64,000 nucleotides of DNA from an uncultured Christensenellaceae bacterium (lineage in GTDB: Bacteria; Bacillota; Clostridia; Christensenellales; CAG-1252), in NCBI GenBank assembly GCA_964561145.1, contig CAZLNZ010000011.1, positions 11,230 through 75,229 on the forward strand, read 5' to 3'. The notes beneath the pieces are model-generated. The model saw only the letters and a program-made list of their open reading frames with translations. It was not told where the DNA came from and searched no databases. Positions 58,765 through 64,000 of this stretch are shown here, in pieces; the stretch's first letter is position 1; the number at the start of each line of letters is the position of its first letter. The position numbers were made by a program, and so were the translations under genes.

Positions 58765-61388
58765 GCTTTATCACCCTCCTGTTGCCAATTTAATATCAAT
58801 TGATTATTACTTAACGTCCAGACGTTGTTTACCGCATTCATTTTATCAACAATTTCGCTGGCTTCTGTAAATTGACAAGCGGTGCTTGTTACCGTTTTTC
58901 CGTCAAGTACGATTTTATTATATTGAGTGCCAACTGCCAATCCTGCCTCTAAAGTCTTGCCATTAACTTCCATTGAGCGATAATAACAGTCGTTTACCAT
59001 ATTGTTGAAACCGGCAATTCCGCCTATTGTTAGCGGTGCGCTGTTTATGAGGTTTGAAGAAACGCCCGGGGTTGCCGTTTTCCATTCGTTGTTAATCATG
59101 AAACACAATCTTCCCGATGAGAAGGAGGATTTTATATCATCGGTTTTATTCCACTCTGTTCCTTCGGGACTATATCTTGTAAAGATAACGCCGATTAGGT
59201 CCTCCGCTTTTACACTCATATCGGCATAATAATAGGTTTTTGTTCCGACCTTTGTTGTGCTCATCCTGATTCCCGGCCATGCAGGTTTTTCTGTTTTTGA
59301 CCAATAGTAAAGATAAAAAACAGCATTATCGTTCGATGCCCAAGATGCTCCGGAGATATCCAAGAACACCCTAGAGGAATAAAGGAGAGAAACATCTGTT
59401 GATATGTTCCCAGCGTTGTAGCAGTTTACAACGCCCAAGTCTTCTTCTTTTTCATGATAAGCATAGTTATCTCCGACAATTCCGCCGATTCCGTTGGCAC
59501 CGTGAATCGTTCCGAGGTTATAGCAGGATTTGATTTCTGCATTGGCATAACTCATTTTGCCAACCTCGTTTATTCCGTCACCGCCGTTTTTGCCTGCGAT
59601 TCCACCGCCATAGCTGGTTACGGAAACATCGCCTTTGTTATAGCAAAGGGTTACGGAGCTTTCAAATTGTAAGCCGTTATCGTATATATTGTAGTTATAT
59701 CCTACAATACCGCCGGCATAGATGTTGGCTGAGATATCACCCTCGTTTCCGCATTTTGTGATAATTCCGCTATTTCTTGCAGCTATACCGCCTAATGTTT
59801 TGTTTCCCTCGATTTTTGCAAGGTTGATACAACCCTCGATAGTGCCTCCGTTAAAGATAGCAATACCGCCCGCTTCGTTAGCCCCGTAAATTGTTGTATC
59901 GGCACCAACAGAGCAGTTCTTAATAGTGCCCTTGTTTATTGAAACTAGAGCACTTGCACCATCCTTTACTGCGTAAATACTAGAAGAAACAACGGTTACG
60001 TTTTCAATTAAGCCTCTGTTCGTATAGGCTAAAATGGAACACTCACCGCCCTTTTCGTGAAGATTACCGTCATTGGTCCTAACAGTCCAAGTACGCCAAT
60101 TTGCATCGGCAATAACGAGGTTTTTGATAACGGCGGTTTTGGCAATGGAGTCAAAAATAGAGGAATAACCGTCTCTATAGTAGACTACCGAGTTAACCAA
60201 GGAATAACCGTTGCCGTCTAAAACTCCCGAGAAGGAGCCAATGTTATAGAAATTGGAGAAAATTTCATCGTCCTTAGGAGTTGCCATCTCTAAAACGATA
60301 TCGTTTACAAGCTTATAGTGCATAGACTTATTAACGCTCTCATAATAGTCTATGTATCTCATTTCAGAGGGAGAGGATATAAGGAAGGGGTTTTCTTCGC
60401 TTCCGTCGCCCTTTTCGCTTGCAAAGTACTCAACTTCGGCTTCGTCGCTGTTTTCAATTGAGAGGTCGGGATTTCCTGCCCATACCCCTTTAACAAGGAA
60501 CTTGTTCGAGCGGTCGCTAGATAACTCCGTAATAGAGGTTATCGTATTGTTAACGTCCTTTAAATAATATACGGTAGCACCCAATACTTCCTCGAAGCTA
60601 AGCTCTGCACCTGTCATTTTTATATTTTTAGGAGAGGGATAATGAACCGTTGAGGTTGTAGCATTGTAGATTACCTCGACCTCTTTGCTGTTCAGTGCAT
60701 AAACACCGTCACCGATGAATTGTACGGAAATTGTGCTGGTCTTATCTAGTTTAGAAAGGGAGAAAGAAGTTGCATCGCCCTCTAAAAGAGTTTCCTCACC
60801 GTTAACCTTTACTGATACGTTTTTAGCAACGGATTGAGCACTCCAAAACAGTTCGCCGTTATTTACGTCTAGAGAAGGATAAACTATTGGTTGACCTACA
60901 TAAGTATAAGTGATTATATCTGACCAGTCGGTTTTAGTCTCTCCGTTTATAGCTCTAATCTTTGTTCTGAATACTCCGTCTACGGGAAGATTTTCCAAAT
61001 CCAAAAGGCTATACGATGTGAGTCTGCGGTTTTCAATAAGAATTCCGTTTATCTCCAGATCATACCCCTTGGCACCGCTAACTTTTTTCCAACTCAATAA
61101 GCCTGCCTCCGATACGCTGATATTGGTAGGTACTGTTAATGTCGGATTTACCGGATCAACCGGATCAACAGGATCAATCGGATCAACAGGATCAATCGGA
61201 TCGACAGGATCTATCGGGTCGTTAGGCTTAGAGGGCTCGTTTGGTTTGCTCGGAAGCGTGGGGTCGTCAGGTCTGTATTGCCATAGACCGCCACCTTCTT
61301 CTCTGTTATCTTCGCTACATGCGGCTAGGGTTAAGGAAAGGCAGATAACGAAAATTAAAATAACGATTAATAAATATCTTTTTTTCAT
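58761..61388 (-). CDS. Lipoprotein with GLUG-type repeats, Pro/Asp linker and an inserted CBM26-like domain
   Basis: Lipobox AAC, GDGSEENPFLI, FSGVLDGNG, repeated GGIAGxN..CYNxG and YLYYW..PAWPG. Confidence 0.7.
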   Translation of the reverse strand: MKKRYLLIVILIFVICLSLTLAACSEDNREEGGGLWQYRPDDPTLPSKPNEPSKPNDPIDPVDPIDPVDPIDPVDPVDPVNPTLTVPTNISVSEAGLLSWKKVSGAKGYDLEINGILIENRRLTSYSLLDLENLPVDGVFRTKIRAINGETKTDWSDIITYTYVGQPIVYPSLDVNNGELFWSAQSVAKNVSVKVNGEETLLEGDATSFSLSKLDKTSTISVQFIGDGVYALNSKEVEVIYNATTSTVHYPSPKNIKMTGAELSFEEVLGATVYYLKDVNNTITSITELSSDRSNKFLVKGVWAGNPDLSIENSDEAEVEYFASEKGDGSEENPFLISSPSEMRYIDYYESVNKSMHYKLVNDIVLEMATPKDDEIFSNFYNIGSFSGVLDGNGYSLVNSVVYYRDGYSSIFDSIAKTAVIKNLVIADANWRTWTVRTNDGNLHEKGGECSILAYTNRGLIENVTVVSSSIYAVKDGASALVSINKGTIKNCSVGADTTIYGANEAGGIAIFNGGTIEGCINLAKIEGNKTLGGIAARNSGIITKCGNEGDISANIYAGGIVGYNYNIYDNGLQFESSVTLCYNKGDVSVTSYGGGIAGKNGGDGINEVGKMSYANAEIKSCYNLGTIHGANGIGGIVGDNYAYHEKEEDLGVVNCYNAGNISTDVSLLYSSRVFLDISGASWASNDNAVFYLYYWSKTEKPAWPGIRMSTTKVGTKTYYYADMSVKAEDLIGVIFTRYSPEGTEWNKTDDIKSSFSSGRLCFMINNEWKTATPGVSSNLINSAPLTIGGIAGFNNMVNDCYYRSMEVNGKTLEAGLAVGTQYNKIVLDGKTVTSTACQFTEASEIVDKMNAVNNVWTLSNNQLILNWQQEGDKA
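61143..61221 (-). repeat. 9-bp coding tandem repeat (DP[I/V])n linker
   Basis: GGATCAAC(A/C)/GGATCAATC units encoding DPIDPVDPIDPV. Confidence 0.85.
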
Positions 61389-61403
61389 ATCCTGCTCCTT
61401 TTA

Positions 61404-63998
61404 TTATGAAATTTTTGCTACAACGGTTCCGCCTGCAGGTATGTAGTTTAGACTTGCTCCGTTTGAAGCACATACTAGGCTTGCGTTAGTGCCAAATACG
61501 CTTTGGGCGTTTTTGTATTCGCTAATGCCGAAGTTGCAGACTATCCAATAGGTTGTGCCCTTATAAGATCTTGTAAAGGAGAACATATCTCCGTTTCCTC
61601 CAAATGCTTTAAATGCGTAATCACCGTAACGTATTACATCGTCCTCGGATTTTAGTTTTGTCCATTTCATCACTTCGTTTAGGAAGGAATTCGAATCGGC
61701 AAGCTGTTCCTTTACGCCGGGGAGGGTTTTATTGTAGGAATCCCATTCGACATAATAGGTTTTATCGCCTGAAATGGAATAAGATGTTGTGTAATCGCTT
61801 CCCGATGCACTTGTCGTCCACTTAAAGGGCTGTCTATATTGACGGTCAACGTGAGGTGAATTCTTTCCCTCACCGGTGCCGTAGTTACTACTCATTCCCA
61901 GCTCATCACCGTAATAAATCCAGCTTACGCCGGGAAGTGTCATATATGCGGCAATTGCGGTTAACGCTCTTTGCTTCATTTCGCTAGCGTTAGATGAGGT
62001 TATCGTTCCTGCAGTCCAGTCGGAGCCACTAAGGGAACCTGCCACGTTGTTTATTAATCTGGGGAGGTCATGATTGGAGGTAAACAGTGATCCTGAAACT
62101 TCTCCGCCATACTTCTTTTGGGTATTCAGTACACCTAAATAGCTCCAAGCACCGCTGTATAATTTGTTGGTATTTGTGCCGGAGGGAAGAGAACCGTCTG
62201 AGGATGTTGTTGCTCCTGCAATACCTGCTGCGTATCCCATATGAGCGGCAACCTGTCCTATATTGTAATACATATAGAAATCGAGCATACCGTCAAAGGA
62301 CTCGTAGTAGGGGGCTACATTGTAAGCATGTCCGTCAAAGTTTTCACCTACCATATATACATTGGAGTTGATCTTCTTAATCTCTCCGATTAACCAAGAG
62401 AAGAAGTTAAGGTTTTTGGTCAGGTTACTGCTGTAGTCGGTGTTAGTGGCAGTGTCGTAGTCCTTTATGATTATATCGCTTGATTGAGCGTCAACCTCAT
62501 CTGCCATATAGATATGCTTAACTGCATCTATTCTGAAACCGTCTACGCCCTCGTTATCTCCGAGTAAGGTCATCCAGAATTCTGCAACACCGAGTATTGC
62601 ATCTCTTGTCGGCTGATAGTCATAGTTTAATTCAGGCATACCCGAGGCAAACTTGGCATAATAGGAATAATCGTATTCACTATATTGATACCAGCTTTCC
62701 GAGAGGTTTTCCGTGGTATGATTTCTCCAATGATAGAATGAACGATAGTCAATTCCGTCTTCGACCACCATTTTTGCCGATTTTTGGAACCAAACGTTAT
62801 TAATGGAAGTGTGGTTTAGAACTAAGTCCATAATAACCTTCATTCCCTTTTCGTGGCACTTTGACAACAATTCTTTGTAATCATCGAGAGTTCCGAACTT
62901 GGGATCTACGGCACAATAATCGATTATGTCATAGCCGTGATAGGAATCGGAATATTGAATGGGTGTAAGCCACAAAACGTCAACATTGAGTTTCTCCAGA
63001 TAGTCGAGATTTTCGATAATACCTCTAATATCGCCATAACCGTCTCCGTTAGAATCGGCAAATGATGCAACCATAATTTGATATCCTACGCCCGATACCG
63101 TATCAAATAGATCTGTAGGGTCGGGGGTTTTTCCGAGATTTACAGAACTATTGACATTTGATATCGAAACGTGTGTGCCGTCGTCATTTTCATAGGGGTT
63201 GGAGATTTCCCCTCTATCTGTCAGATTATATACAAAATCTCCGACATTATCTTGCGTTGCGAAAATGTGAATAGAACCGTTTTCTTCCCTTAAAACTTCG
63301 GATATTGTAAAATATTGGTTCCCACCGTCGGAAGTCCAGTGAGTTCCCGAATCCTTGCTGTCGTCATAGACAATCAAGAAACCGATTTCTGTATCCATAT
63401 AGCGACTTTCGTCAAATATGTATTCATCCTTATAGTTGCTACCAAAGGAACCATCTTTCAAAAATTGTAGGGTTTCGGTTTCATCGTTTCCCGCTTTATC
63501 GTAGAACTGAGTCATATCGATATCGCATACCGCACCACCGATAGAGTCTATTGCAACCTTTCCGTCGGCGTCGAGATTCCAATTGAATGTTCTTCCGGTG
63601 TATGCCTTAGGCCATACCCACAAGCTCATTTTTGCGTATTGTTCGGGATCATTGTCAAAGCGGATATAGTGAATGTAAAGGTGTCCGTTCTTACTGGTTT
63701 CGGCAAGGTTAGCTTCATAATCGGCAATATCCGTATCGTTTGTCGACTTTATCCAGTTTGCATACAAAACGAGGTTTTTCTCGGGCATCACGTCGAACTC
63801 AAACTTGTTTTGATAAGTTCCGTAATCGGTATACCAGCCACCGAATTCATATCCTATCATTTTGGGTGCTTCGGGAGCACTGATAGCCTTTCCTGCCTCT
63901 ATCCCCGATTGTGTGGCAACCTGTGTTGCCTTGTCACCAGTGTAGTAATAGATATTATATTTCGCTACGCTGTCCGACGAGTTGTTTCCTGAGGGATC
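61404..63998 (-). CDS. GH13 alpha-amylase (GH13_36-like) with InlB B-repeat and CBM41-like domain, 5'-truncated
   Basis: Frame open to the window edge. FADSNGDGYGD, DLVLNH, MPELN, GFRIDAVKH, GENFD, SNHD and YYGDELGM. Confidence 0.85.
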   Translation of the reverse strand, partial: DPSGNNSSDSVAKYNIYYYTGDKATQVATQSGIEAGKAISAPEAPKMIGYEFGGWYTDYGTYQNKFEFDVMPEKNLVLYANWIKSTNDTDIADYEANLAETSKNGHLYIHYIRFDNDPEQYAKMSLWVWPKAYTGRTFNWNLDADGKVAIDSIGGAVCDIDMTQFYDKAGNDETETLQFLKDGSFGSNYKDEYIFDESRYMDTEIGFLIVYDDSKDSGTHWTSDGGNQYFTISEVLREENGSIHIFATQDNVGDFVYNLTDRGEISNPYENDDGTHVSISNVNSSVNLGKTPDPTDLFDTVSGVGYQIMVASFADSNGDGYGDIRGIIENLDYLEKLNVDVLWLTPIQYSDSYHGYDIIDYCAVDPKFGTLDDYKELLSKCHEKGMKVIMDLVLNHTSINNVWFQKSAKMVVEDGIDYRSFYHWRNHTTENLSESWYQYSEYDYSYYAKFASGMPELNYDYQPTRDAILGVAEFWMTLLGDNEGVDGFRIDAVKHIYMADEVDAQSSDIIIKDYDTATNTDYSSNLTKNLNFFSWLIGEIKKINSNVYMVGENFDGHAYNVAPYYESFDGMLDFYMYYNIGQVAAHMGYAAGIAGATTSSDGSLPSGTNTNKLYSGAWSYLGVLNTQKKYGGEVSGSLFTSNHDLPRLINNVAGSLSGSDWTAGTITSSNASEMKQRALTAIAAYMTLPGVSWIYYGDELGMSSNYGTGEGKNSPHVDRQYRQPFKWTTSASGSDYTTSYSISGDKTYYVEWDSYNKTLPGVKEQLADSNSFLNEVMKWTKLKSEDDVIRYGDYAFKAFGGNGDMFSFTRSYKGTTYWIVCNFGISEYKNAQSVFGTNASLVCASNGASLNYIPAGGTVVAKIS

Positions 63999-64000
63999 GT

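Overview
Low-GC bacterial chromosomal window, most consistent with an anaerobic Firmicute (Clostridia; this is inferred from gene content, not a database hit). It spans the probable replication origin. From left to right it holds: a VWA/BatA-like membrane and lipoprotein cluster, a DUF6273-like protein, an orphan ECF sigma factor, an AAA_14-type ATPase and a ~2240-aa repeat protein. Next come dnaA-dnaN, with only degenerate DnaA boxes and a divergent DnaA DNA-binding domain. A ~14-kb accessory block follows, bracketed and subdivided by two families of structured REP-like repeats. It carries an ATPase-nuclease gene, a SipW signal peptidase operon whose substrates bear starch-binding modules, a tripartite hipBST-like toxin-antitoxin locus, a cation:proton antiporter and an alphaproteobacterial-looking argS. 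After it come inverted gyrB-gyrA, recF, pgk-tpiA-gpmI and a large starch-utilisation operon (GH13 amylase, CBM26 lipoproteins, MalEFG, type I pullulanase, extended MsmX) running off the right edge. The best candidate for an undescribed system is a SipW-dependent, TasA-like surface fibre displaying CBM26/SusE-like starch-binding domains. Its promoter has a (TA)10 tract in the spacer, suggesting phase variation, and it shares modules with the amylolytic operon. All family assignments are from motif recognition by eye.
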